DNA of 32,000 nucleotides from Methylophaga frappieri (GTDB lineage Bacteria; Pseudomonadota; Gammaproteobacteria; Nitrosococcales; Methylophagaceae): NCBI RefSeq assembly GCF_000260965.1, contig NC_017856.1, positions 60,001 to 92,000 of the forward strand, read 5' to 3'. Shown piece by piece: positions 1 to 8,229 of this stretch (position 1 is its first letter; each line of letters starts with the position of its first letter). The notes under the pieces were generated by a model. It saw only the letters and a program-made list of their open reading frames with translations, ran no database searches and was not told where the DNA came from. The position numbers and the translations under genes were made by a program.

Positions 1-403
1 TGAAATCTTTTTCAGATTTGATGGCATACGCTGATAACGCCAAGAAAATGATGCCTGTACCGCCAAGCGCTTGCATCACCATTTGCGAGCCATTTGGAAT
101 ACTCAGATAGGCGTTAATGATTGGACCCAGTGTAAAGCCCATAAAACCGGTAAGTGCGAAAACAGAGGCCAGCCCCCAAACACTGTTACGCAATTTTGCA
201 GTCAAAAATAGCAGACCAAAATAACCGATCAGCGTAATAATGATGCCAGGATGCGGCAGATTGAAAACCATTGAAATACCTGCCGTTATGGCACTGAATC
301 CGAGGGTCATCGCCAGTAACGCATAAGTATTACGTAACAGTTTGTTCGTTTGCAGAACCGATTGCTGCGAACGAACAACCGTGCTTTGCGTATCGTAATT
401 CAT
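1..403 (-). CDS. yccA: Bax inhibitor-1/YccA family inner-membrane protein, 5' part only (C-terminus lies beyond window start)
   Basis: My own reverse-strand translation from the ATG (complement of 401-403) gives MNYDTQSTVVRSQQSVLQTNKLLRNTYALLAMTLGFSAITAGISMVFNLPHPGIIITLIGYFGLLFLTAKLRNSVWGLASVFALTGFMGFTLGPIINAYL... This is a multi-TM BI-1/YccA-like N-terminus. It is absent from the ORF track because it runs off the window. Confidence 0.8.
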   Translation of the reverse strand, partial: MNYDTQSTVVRSQQSVLQTNKLLRNTYALLAMTLGFSAITAGISMVFNLPHPGIIITLIGYFGLLFLTAKLRNSVWGLASVFALTGFMGFTLGPIINAYLSIPNGSQMVMQALGGTGIIFLALSAYAIKSEKDF

Positions 404-523
404 CTTAAGTACACTCCGTCCTTTACAGATTGATGATTTAACATATATTTCAGACTAATATCGTACCGGATTAGTTCTAAATAACAAATATAAACTCACA
501 GACAATTAATTTCGCGTTATAGG

Positions 524-552
524 TTGTCACTGCAAGGCGTTCCTAGTATCAT
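524..552 (+). promoter_or_regulatory. Putative sigma70 promoter of the tRNA-Ser gene
   Basis: TTGTCA (524-529), a 17-nt spacer, then TATCAT (547-552). A GC-rich discriminator-like CGCGTC follows just upstream of the tRNA 5' end at 563. Confidence 0.45.
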
Positions 553-562
553 TTCGCGTCTT

Positions 563-652
563 GGAGGGATGGCAGAGCGGTTGAATGCACCGGTCTTGAA
601 AACCGGCATGGTTTAACGACCATCCAGGGTTCGAATCCCTGTCCCTCCGCCA
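563..652 (+). tRNA. serT: tRNA-Ser (anticodon UGA), class II with long variable arm, encoded CCA
   Basis: The acceptor GGAGGGA pairs with TCCCTCC. The anticodon stem-loop is CCGGT-CTTGAAA-ACCGG with TGA as anticodon. The long variable arm is CATGGTTTAACGACCATC, the T-arm is CAGGG-TTCGAAT-CCCTG, and the 3' end is GCCA. It closely resembles E. coli serT as I remember it, which also sits next to yccA. Confidence 0.93.
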
Positions 653-657
653 AAAAT

Positions 658-692
658 AAGCCCCAAGCCATAAATAGCTTGGGGCTTTTTTG
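658..692. terminator. Rho-independent terminator hairpin, potentially bidirectional (tRNA on + strand, kinase gene on - strand)
   Basis: The stem AAGCCCCAAGC / GCTTGGGGCTT is followed by TTTTTT on the + strand and preceded by an A-run. It lies between the tRNA 3' end (652) and the stop of the convergent kinase gene (710). Confidence 0.7.
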
Positions 693-709
693 TTTCTGAC
701 GCCATAGTC

Positions 710-2446
710 TTACCCAGTTACGCCATTGAGGGTCGGCCAATCTGAGATAGTTGGCAAGCGGATAGTTGCGGTTGTGCCCATCCCCACCGCGCTTTGAAAA
801 ATAATATCACCACCATGCAAAGCCATAATTTGTTTACTAATTGACACACCCAAGCCCGTCCCTGGGACATTTCCTGAATTATCAGCGCGATAAAACTTCT
901 CACCAAGATGGCTCAATTGCTCTTTATTCATCCCTACCCCTTCATCAGAAATAATAATTTCATGCCAATTTCGACTGAATTCTGGAGGGAGATAACTCAA
1001 TCTTATTTTGGATCGCACACCCGAGTACTTAATAGCGTTTGATAACAAGTTGATAATCACGCGGCGCATCTTCTCAGGATCAAATTTTGCCGGAATCTCA
1101 GATGGATACGTTGCTGATAACTGAATTGATTTAGGTTGTGCCATGATTTTAATTTGCTCACAGCAACTATCCAGAATACTCGCTAAATCGCCATCTACGG
1201 CCTCAACAAAGCTATTATTTTGAGACTGGATTTTGCCCAGATCGAGTAAGTCATCAGTAATTGTTGACAATAGTACTGACTGTTGGTGAATACGCTCCAA
1301 AATATCGCGTGTTTGCTGTTCGTCATATTGATAATTAAGTAAAAGCTCACTAAAACCTAAAATACCGGCTAGTGGCGTCCGCAACTCGTGAGCGGCAATA
1401 TTCAAAAAATCTGTTTTCAGTCGCTCTACCTCGGTTTCATGGCTAACATCGATAAAGTAGAAAACGGTAGAGTAGCCAGACTTGGAAAACACTTCATGGC
1501 GTTTTTTATGACAACGCAATATCACAGGCTTTTTACCATTCAACACAATTGTTGCAGATTCAAACTGAGATTTAAGACTGTTTATCTCTGATTCTTTGGC
1601 ATTAATTTGCTGATGAAATGCTGTGGTCAGTTGTTCAAACGTAATGCTTTCAAGTTCTGTTGTTTCAATGCCAAAAAAACGCGTCAAGGCATCATTAATA
1701 TAGGTGATTCGTAAACCCGCATTAACGATTAAAATACCGTCCGGCGACATATCCATCGCGACATATTTTTCTCGAAGCTGCCAAAGCATTTCGTTAAATG
1801 CACTTGCTGTATGCGCAAACTCATCATCGCCAGACACAGGCAAGAACTCCGGTATTTGATTGCGACTGATGCTGCGTGTGGCTTGTTCAATCTTTGCCAA
1901 TTTACGCTTGATGCTGTGCAGAAAAATAAAAAAGAACAGAATGAAAAGTAGCATCGCGATAATGGTCGCTAGCAACAGCCCTACCTCGATCTGGGTTAGC
2001 CGCTCAAGTCGCTCTTTTAAGAGTAAGTTCACTTTTGCCGAAGCAACAGTCTCACCATGTACTTTGAGTTCAACAAATAGCGGCTGAAACTCAAAATCTT
2101 GTATCAATAATCCTTCGTCTGTGTAGTGAACATTTTTATATTTTTTATAAATGAGTTCATCATAAGAATACACATAGACCTGATGAATAATATCCAGATC
2201 CGACATACCATCAACAAGATTCTTAACTGAATCAAGGTCACCTTGCACAACATGGGGTAAGACACTGCCACTGACAAAACGCTCTATATTGCTGGTGTAA
2301 TTATCATATTCAGTCAGAAAAGCACGCTCTAATACCGAAATATTAAACAGAAAGAGCGAAGCCATAATCAAAACAAATATAAAAACAATCAGAGCCGAAA
2401 GCTTATAAATGAAGGACGATCTGATGACTGAAAAAATGGCACTCAT
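710..2446 (-). CDS. Membrane sensor histidine kinase (2 TM + periplasmic loop, HAMP, PAS, HisKA, HATPase_c)
   Basis: ORF 710..2455. There are two hydrophobic segments flanking a ~120-aa loop. The H-box is AAHELRTPLAGILGFSELL, and N/G boxes are present (LLSNAIKYS, DEGVGM, GTGLGVSI). I prefer the ATG at 2446 over the TTG at 2455. Confidence 0.9.
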   Translation of the reverse strand: MSAIFSVIRSSFIYKLSALIVFIFVLIMASLFLFNISVLERAFLTEYDNYTSNIERFVSGSVLPHVVQGDLDSVKNLVDGMSDLDIIHQVYVYSYDELIYKKYKNVHYTDEGLLIQDFEFQPLFVELKVHGETVASAKVNLLLKERLERLTQIEVGLLLATIIAMLLFILFFFIFLHSIKRKLAKIEQATRSISRNQIPEFLPVSGDDEFAHTASAFNEMLWQLREKYVAMDMSPDGILIVNAGLRITYINDALTRFFGIETTELESITFEQLTTAFHQQINAKESEINSLKSQFESATIVLNGKKPVILRCHKKRHEVFSKSGYSTVFYFIDVSHETEVERLKTDFLNIAAHELRTPLAGILGFSELLLNYQYDEQQTRDILERIHQQSVLLSTITDDLLDLGKIQSQNNSFVEAVDGDLASILDSCCEQIKIMAQPKSIQLSATYPSEIPAKFDPEKMRRVIINLLSNAIKYSGVRSKIRLSYLPPEFSRNWHEIIISDEGVGMNKEQLSHLGEKFYRADNSGNVPGTGLGVSISKQIMALHGGDIIFQSAVGMGTTATIRLPTISDWPTLNGVTG

Positions 2447-2482
2447 TGCTAGCAACAGTTATGAATAAATAAAAACCTTATG

Positions 2483-3232
2483 TTAGTCATTATTAATTAG
2501 CTCACTTTTAATAATGCCCATAGATTCAAGTACGATGCTGACTTCAGGCATTGTAATCAAAACGGAGGCGATTTTTTCTTTAAGCATATCATCGACATTC
2601 TTCGCTACCGAAAAATACCGCGAGTAATCATTTTCATCTATCATTTCAACTTCGAGACCTAAGTTTCTGATCTCACTTGCCTGCATAGCATTTTCAAATT
2701 GTACGACGCCATACTGACTGAGCCCCTCTCTCACCGCTTTAATTACATCCTCAGTATTTTGGTATGTTTGCAGAAAATAGGCACTGCCTTTGTTCGATAA
2801 ATGATCAAAAACCGATTTGCTATCGACATTGTTTTGCTGCCGAGCAATGCCAACGCTGACTACTTTTTCTGAGCCAACAAACTTTTTATTGAAAATGAGT
2901 AAACATCGGGATTTTTCATTCTTATACGAAAATTTAACTAGCGGGGTAACATCATATTTAGTGTAAAAAACCGAGGTGAGGTATTCAGAGGCAATGATAA
3001 AGTCTAATTTTGATTCTTTAATATGCTGATTAAAGTCGACGATGTTTTTGGCTGTTCGAAACCTGAATTCGGCATCCATTTTTGACGACATGGTTTTTAA
3101 AAGTGGAATCCAGGTTTGTGCCAATATCATGGCATCGTCACTTGGCTCAATGCCAACATTATAAATCTCAGACTCTGCCATCACCTGGCATGATAAAAGT
3201 CCAAGCAGAATAAAACTGACGATTCGTTTCAT
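2483..3232 (-). CDS. Periplasmic substrate-binding protein, PhnD-like (phosphonate/phosphite-type ABC SBP fold), orphan (no permease or ATPase nearby)
   Basis: ORF 2483..3286. The internal start MKRIVSFILLGLLSCQVMA gives a signal peptide (ATG at 3232). YNVGIEPSDDAMILAQTWIPLLKTMSSKMDAEFRFRTAKNIVDFNQHIKESKLDFIIAS matches the PhnD-family N-lobe pattern from memory. Confidence 0.65.
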   Translation of the reverse strand: MKRIVSFILLGLLSCQVMAESEIYNVGIEPSDDAMILAQTWIPLLKTMSSKMDAEFRFRTAKNIVDFNQHIKESKLDFIIASEYLTSVFYTKYDVTPLVKFSYKNEKSRCLLIFNKKFVGSEKVVSVGIARQQNNVDSKSVFDHLSNKGSAYFLQTYQNTEDVIKAVREGLSQYGVVQFENAMQASEIRNLGLEVEMIDENDYSRYFSVAKNVDDMLKEKIASVLITMPEVSIVLESMGIIKSELINND

Positions 3233-3273
3233 ATAACTCTCTGACATCTCGTTAAATTCATTTATTTTTTTGT

Positions 3274-4971
3274 TTAAAGCTGCCACCGAAAGCGTAAGTT
3301 AAAAATAGCACTTCGGTCGTCAGAGTCGATTGGTCTATCCCCGGTAGGTAATGAATATTCAAGATTGATACCGTAATGATCGTTATCAGAAAGCTCTATC
3401 CCTACTGTTGCTGAAGATAATGATCGTCTCGCGCCACCTGAGCGTAATTCAGTATGGGCTGTATCTAGAATAATATAAGGCTGAACTTGCTTGAGAAACC
3501 GCGTATTTAGATTATGCAAATATCTAAGTTCGACTTCACCAGCATAGCCTCGGTCACCTTGAGCCTGACCTTCCGAATAACCGCGTGCATAACGTGTACT
3601 ACCATATCTCGCCTGCTCTGCCGATGGTAACGAATCATCCGACCAATGACCATGTAAACGACTTTGGAGTTGCCATTTGGGTGCAAACCGGTAACGCCAG
3701 AAGACGGTTGTTGATAGCGTGGTAAAGTGAAGATCTTCAACACCACGTCTGCTGCTGCCGGCTTGTATCAGTCGATTTTCATTGGCACCCAGATCAACGC
3801 CTTGACGAACACTGAATTGCCATAACGTCACACTTTTGGGACTATTGAATTGCATATTGCTGAAAGCTTCCAGCGAAGAGTAAGTTAAATCCTTATTTAT
3901 TTCTGATGTGGTTGAAGCAACATTCAAATCATAGTCTGCCTCTTCATCAAGGTGATGCAGCTTTCCACCGACCCACCATGAATATTTCTTTTGTAATTCG
4001 ATTGGATAACTTAAACCAATATTGAACTGGTTACGTGTCTTATTTTCGACAAAATCAACAGGAATATCGGAAACAAAAAAACGATCATCGTTATCCGTTT
4101 TAAAGTGGCTCATCATCATATTGAGTTTCAAGCCATGAGAATTAAGGTGTTGTGCGTAATTAACCGAATAGAAACGATCAATTGTGTCATTCGGAATCAA
4201 ACCGCTCAGGGTTAACTGATCAGCATGCGATGTCATCGAATTTAATGTTAAAGAACCCAACAAACGGTTGGGTTCGTCACCTGCAGTGTCTAATGCAACA
4301 CCTGTTTTATATCGCTTCTTTTTCGTTTGCTCAACACGAATCGTTGTCGCACCGCTCGCCGATTGAGGCCGTGGCACTTTAATTCGAAATTGATAACCCG
4401 GCGTCGACTCAATTAATGCCGTGTAACGTTCGAAAGTTTTACGCGTTAACGGTTTTTCTGCCATTAACTGCGTAACATATCGTTCGATTCTTTTTTGAAT
4501 ATGGTCTTCTTCAACGTCAATTTCAGATCGGGCTAAATAACCCTCAACCAACACGAGGGAAAGCCGCCCCTTGGTTAGATCCTGCCCGGGTGGGATTGCG
4601 GCATAAGACAACGGATAACCGGCTTGAACATAGGCCGTGGTGATTTTATTAACAACTTGAAGTAACAGATCGCGTTGTGCCGTCTTACCGATAATGGGCT
4701 GTAACCACTCAGATAATGTTTCGAGGTCAAATACGGTACCGCCAATGATATTTACATCATTGATAACTTGCGCTGGTGCGTTTGTTTTGACTGATTCAGA
4801 TTCGGACGGAACAGAGGGTAATTCAGATTCGCTAGGAGAAATTTCAGGTGTTTTTTGAAAAGGTTCATCTACGATTAGAGGTGGCTCATTAGCGCTTACC
4901 GATTGGCCTCCTCCCATTAAAACCATTGCACTCATTACACTTACAGCCACCGTCCATTTTTTTTTAATCAT
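3274..4971 (-). CDS. ShlB/FhaC/HecB-family Omp85 outer-membrane transporter (TpsB-like, POTRA + 16-strand barrel)
   Basis: 565 aa. The signal peptide is MIKKKWTVAVSVMSAMVLMGGGQSVSA. The POTRA-like segment is NIIGGTVFDLETLSEWLQPIIGKTAQRDLLLQVVNKITTAYVQAGYPLSYAAIPPGQDLTKGRLSLVLVEGY. The conserved barrel motif is RYGSTRYARGYSEGQAQGDRGYAGEVELRY, and alternating beta-strand sequence runs to the C-terminus. Confidence 0.85.
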   Translation of the reverse strand: MIKKKWTVAVSVMSAMVLMGGGQSVSANEPPLIVDEPFQKTPEISPSESELPSVPSESESVKTNAPAQVINDVNIIGGTVFDLETLSEWLQPIIGKTAQRDLLLQVVNKITTAYVQAGYPLSYAAIPPGQDLTKGRLSLVLVEGYLARSEIDVEEDHIQKRIERYVTQLMAEKPLTRKTFERYTALIESTPGYQFRIKVPRPQSASGATTIRVEQTKKKRYKTGVALDTAGDEPNRLLGSLTLNSMTSHADQLTLSGLIPNDTIDRFYSVNYAQHLNSHGLKLNMMMSHFKTDNDDRFFVSDIPVDFVENKTRNQFNIGLSYPIELQKKYSWWVGGKLHHLDEEADYDLNVASTTSEINKDLTYSSLEAFSNMQFNSPKSVTLWQFSVRQGVDLGANENRLIQAGSSRRGVEDLHFTTLSTTVFWRYRFAPKWQLQSRLHGHWSDDSLPSAEQARYGSTRYARGYSEGQAQGDRGYAGEVELRYLHNLNTRFLKQVQPYIILDTAHTELRSGGARRSLSSATVGIELSDNDHYGINLEYSLPTGDRPIDSDDRSAIFNLRFRWQL

Positions 4972-5001
4972 GATCTAAAAATATCCCTTTTTTATCGGAG
5001 T

Positions 5002-5034
5002 GCGGCAGTCATGAAATCATGACTGCCGTTTTTT
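5002..5034. other. Intercistronic stem-loop between lipoprotein gene and transporter gene
   Basis: The stem GCGGCAGTCATGA / TCATGACTGCCG is followed by TTTTTT on the + strand. The flanking genes are transcribed on the - strand, where the A-run precedes the stem and no U-run follows. Confidence 0.4.
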
Positions 5035-5058
5035 CCGTTTCAGGATAACCGATTTTTC

Positions 5059-7320
5059 TTAAAATAATCCACCAGTCAATCCATTTAATAGGCCGCCTGA
5101 ATTGCCACCTTCATCTCCACCTTGACCACCGCCAAGAATGCCATCGACTGTGCCGACAACGTCGTCAACAACGCCACCGGTACCTTCATCTATGTCACCG
5201 ACTAAGCCGCCGGTAACATCGTCGACACCACCAACGACTTCACCAACTAGGCCATCACCAAAACCATCGCCGGTACCTGGCTCATCATTCAGACCGCCAA
5301 CTAAACCGCCAGTCACGTCATCAACGGTACCTACAACGTCGCCAACGATGCCTCCGGTACCGTCATCTATGTCACCGACTAAGCCACCGGCAACATCGTC
5401 GACACCGTCAACAACTTGCCCGACCAAACCGTCACCAAAACCATCACCGGTTCCAGGCTCGCCGGTCAGACCACCAACCAGACCGCCAGTCACATCATCA
5501 ACGGCAGCGACCACATCACCAACCACACCACCAGTGCCTTCATCCACATTAGTCACTAGGCCACCGGCAACATCATCGACGCCATCAACAACTTGACCAA
5601 CCAAACCATCACCAAAACCATCGCCAGTTCCAGGTTCGCCGGTCAGACCACCAACCAGACCGCTAGTTACGTCGTCAACCGAGGCAACTACATCGCCAAC
5701 CAGGCCATTACTTACCTCGTCTAATCCATCGGTAACATTACTTGCCAGCCCGCCGGTGACGCCATCAACGGTTGTCGTAACCCCACTGATGATGCCGCCA
5801 TTATCACCTGGTAATAAGCTTGAAGTCAGGCCATCAACGGTATCACCAATGTTGGCGACAAGTTCACCATTACCGGGCTGTGTAATGCCATCTATTAGCC
5901 CACCTTGATCGCCAAGGGCGCCACCAGTCAGACCATCCAGCTTTTCAGTTAAACCTAATAACAGATCGTTATCAGAATCAAGTAAACCACCCGGCAAATC
6001 ACTTAACCCATTCTCACCGAGTAGATCCGTGATACCTACTAACTCCAGACCTTCGCCTTCGGATGGACCTGTCGTGAGATTACCGTCAAGATTAACCAGT
6101 AAGTGACCAACCCCTTCAACGACACCGCCTGCATCGGCAAGTACAATGTTGTCAATGCCGCCAATTTTCTCACCTAGCACGACAACGGCAGAGCCAACTT
6201 TACCAACCAAGCCAAGCACTGCAGGCGTCACGACAACCGCTTGACCAACTGTTCTCACTGTGCCGTCAACATTAATGATGACAGGTCTAACAACAGCCGT
6301 TAATTTGGTTGAGAGTTGACCTAACTTACTGTTTTCATCAACCACCGACAAAGTTAAATAATCACCAAAGCCTGTCACTGCCAAGCCAAGCGTATCGACG
6401 GTACCGCCTAAGGTAGTCAGCACACCACTTTTTTCATCGATCTGTGCCAGAACAGGCATTGTATTGAGTGCGGCAACTGTTTGCCCAGAAGCGCTAACGA
6501 CTCTACCCGTATCTGAAATCAGACCTGTCACCCCTCCAAGGGTGGTGCCAATGGCATTATCATTTTCTGAAATATTCCCCAAACCATCATGCAAACCGGT
6601 GGATAAAGTGCCAACACCATTACCTGCGTGCGTCACAATATTCCCTGCACCATCGGTGACAGAGCCTATCATCGGCATTTCAGTTTGACTGATGGTTGCG
6701 CCTAGCACTTGAATGGTATTCGCGGCAGCGCCCACTGTATTGCTGGTATCTTGAACAGCGCCTTCAATGGCACTGGTTGATTGCTGATTATCACCGCCGC
6801 CGTTATCACCGCCGCCGTTATCACCGCCGCCGTTATCACCGCCGCCGTTATCACCGCCGCCGTTATCACCGCCGCCGTTATCACCGCCGCCGTTATTACC
6901 GCCACCGTTATTACCGCCACCGTTATTACCGCCACCGTTATTACCGCCACCGTTATTACCGCCACCGTTATTACCGCCACCGTTATTACCGCCACCGTTA
7001 TTACCGCCACCGTTATTACCGCCACCGTTATTACCGCCACCGTTATTACCGCCGCCGTTAATCAGGTCATCGCCTGAGTCAGCAATATCTATATCCGAAT
7101 CAGTGTCATTTGACGCATTATCGTTAGAATCAGTGTCAGTTGAATTATTTTGATCCTCAGTATCATTTGAGGCCGTATCGCCAGATCCTTCTTCGCTTGT
7201 TGTTGAGTCAGCAGAAGACGCATTCTTCAAACTTTTACTACTGCTTCCTGAGCACCCGCTGATGACAGTCAGTGCGACTGCCAAAACCATAACTTTCCAT
7301 AATTTATCCATAAGTGACAT
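5059..7320 (-). CDS. Repeat-rich acidic Gly/Asp/Asn/Val-rich lipoprotein (753 aa), unknown family
   Basis: The signal peptide with lipobox is MSLMDKLWKVMVLAVALTVISG|C, with Ser at +2. The protein has an S/T/D/N acidic linker, 18 x (N/D)NGGG, a long G/V/T/L-rich region, 3 x 59-aa repeats and a C-terminal ...GLTGGLF. It is the first gene of a minus-strand operon, directly upstream of the Omp85 transporter gene. Confidence 0.85.
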   Translation of the reverse strand: MSLMDKLWKVMVLAVALTVISGCSGSSSKSLKNASSADSTTSEEGSGDTASNDTEDQNNSTDTDSNDNASNDTDSDIDIADSGDDLINGGGNNGGGNNGGGNNGGGNNGGGNNGGGNNGGGNNGGGNNGGGNNGGGNNGGGNNGGGDNGGGDNGGGDNGGGDNGGGDNGGGDNGGGDNQQSTSAIEGAVQDTSNTVGAAANTIQVLGATISQTEMPMIGSVTDGAGNIVTHAGNGVGTLSTGLHDGLGNISENDNAIGTTLGGVTGLISDTGRVVSASGQTVAALNTMPVLAQIDEKSGVLTTLGGTVDTLGLAVTGFGDYLTLSVVDENSKLGQLSTKLTAVVRPVIINVDGTVRTVGQAVVVTPAVLGLVGKVGSAVVVLGEKIGGIDNIVLADAGGVVEGVGHLLVNLDGNLTTGPSEGEGLELVGITDLLGENGLSDLPGGLLDSDNDLLLGLTEKLDGLTGGALGDQGGLIDGITQPGNGELVANIGDTVDGLTSSLLPGDNGGIISGVTTTVDGVTGGLASNVTDGLDEVSNGLVGDVVASVDDVTSGLVGGLTGEPGTGDGFGDGLVGQVVDGVDDVAGGLVTNVDEGTGGVVGDVVAAVDDVTGGLVGGLTGEPGTGDGFGDGLVGQVVDGVDDVAGGLVGDIDDGTGGIVGDVVGTVDDVTGGLVGGLNDEPGTGDGFGDGLVGEVVGGVDDVTGGLVGDIDEGTGGVVDDVVGTVDGILGGGQGGDEGGNSGGLLNGLTGGLF
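5158..5688 (-). repeat. Three tandem 177-bp (59-aa) imperfect coding repeats in the lipoprotein C-terminal region
   Basis: The protein repeat V(A/G)xVDDVTxGLVGGL(T/N)(G/D)EPGTGDGFGDGLVGxVVxGVDDVxGGLVxxxDxGTGGxVxDV occurs 3 times (aa ~545-721). The copies are diverged at the DNA level. Confidence 0.85.
6791..7060 (-). repeat. 18 tandem 15-bp units encoding (N/D)NGGG
   Basis: 7 identical units tcaccgccgccgtta (6791-6895), then 10 identical units ttaccgccaccgtta (6896-7045), then 1 hybrid unit ttaccgccgccgtta (7046-7060). Every unit is in frame (5 codons). Confidence 0.97.
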
Positions 7321-7762
7321 TCCTCTCCAGTTAAATCAGAAAAACGAAAACAATATGTTTCTGTTTTTTCTTATTTTAAGCTCGACAAAGTGATTGTCAA
7401 TAATTAAAACAGCTTGCTGCAGAATGCTCTTTATATATGTAAGCCGTTGATTTATTTTATTTAAATCTAAAATAAAGCTGTTTTTCGTAAAATATTATTT
7501 TTCATAAATGCGAAACGCATCGCAAATATTCCGATTTAATTTAAAATAATTTCTGATTTTGTGTTTTTTAGTGATACCTTAGTAATCACGAAGGATGATT
7601 TTTCGGGTAGCCTGATACTGTTATCGAAATCGGGATTGTTTATCACCACGGAAATGTGGTGTCAGTCAATTAGCAACAAAGTGCCCAGTAAATGGAAAAA
7701 TGCATAAATTTCTTTAGACACGATGGGCAAAGGTACAATGTCGTTAGAGAAAGGATATTCTC

Positions 7763-8155
7763 ATGACTAAGAAAACTAAATCGGTTCTTATCGTCGATGA
7801 CAATCAGCAATTACGCGAATTGGTTCGGTTGACTTTGGCATTTAGCGAATATCAATTGCATGAAGCAGAAAATGCAATCGAAGCTTTGCAGTTAATCAAA
7901 CAGATTCGGCCTGATGTCATCCTGTTGGATATTATGATGCCAGGGGATCTGAACGGGCTGGATGTCTGCGCTCAAATCAAATCTGATCCGAATATCCGTG
8001 ACACGCGCGTCATAATCTTGTCAGCCAAGGGACAGAAAATGGATTTGGTCGCTGGCGATCTGGTTGGCGCTGATGCCTATTTTGTGAAGCCATTTAGCCC
8101 TATCAGCTTATTAGAAAGTATAGATGGCCATGCACCACCGAATCGTCAATGGTAG
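7763..8155 (+). CDS. Single-domain response regulator (CheY-like receiver)
   Basis: 130 aa. LIVDDNQQLRELV...DVILLDIMMPGDLNGLDV...ILSAKG...YFVKPF gives the typical DD / D / S / K receiver signature. The SD AAAGGA lies 8 nt upstream. Confidence 0.9.
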   Translation: MTKKTKSVLIVDDNQQLRELVRLTLAFSEYQLHEAENAIEALQLIKQIRPDVILLDIMMPGDLNGLDVCAQIKSDPNIRDTRVIILSAKGQKMDLVAGDLVGADAYFVKPFSPISLLESIDGHAPPNRQW

Positions 8156-8229
8156 ATGTCCAGTGATACATTGGACGCTATATCCATGTTCAGTTAATAT
8201 CTTGTGCACAATAATACAAGGATAAACTC

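Noticed and set aside
549-906. ORFs 549-740 (-) and 718-906 (-).
   Set aside because: The first overlaps the tRNA-Ser gene and its terminator. The second is an alternative frame inside the histidine kinase gene 3' end.
6791-7060. Possible CRISPR array or non-coding satellite.
   Set aside because: The units are 15 bp, contiguous with no spacers, and in frame within a CDS. It is a coding tandem repeat.
5138-7077. Long + strand and alternative-frame ORFs inside the lipoprotein gene: 5138-5596 (Pro/Thr/Ser-rich), 6464-6688, 6696-7061 (RRYH repeats), 6702-7040 and 6781-7077 (AVIT repeats).
   Set aside because: They are shadow frames produced by the repetitive, compositionally biased Gly/Asp coding strand. 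They have no independent start context, and the lipoprotein frame has a proper signal peptide and operon context.
7571-7589. Inverted repeat GTGATAC-CTTAG-TAATCAC in the divergent control region, considered as an operator for the HTH-REC regulator.
   Set aside because: It is short, imperfect (6 of 7) and a single occurrence in a very AT-rich 440-bp region, so it is easily a chance match.
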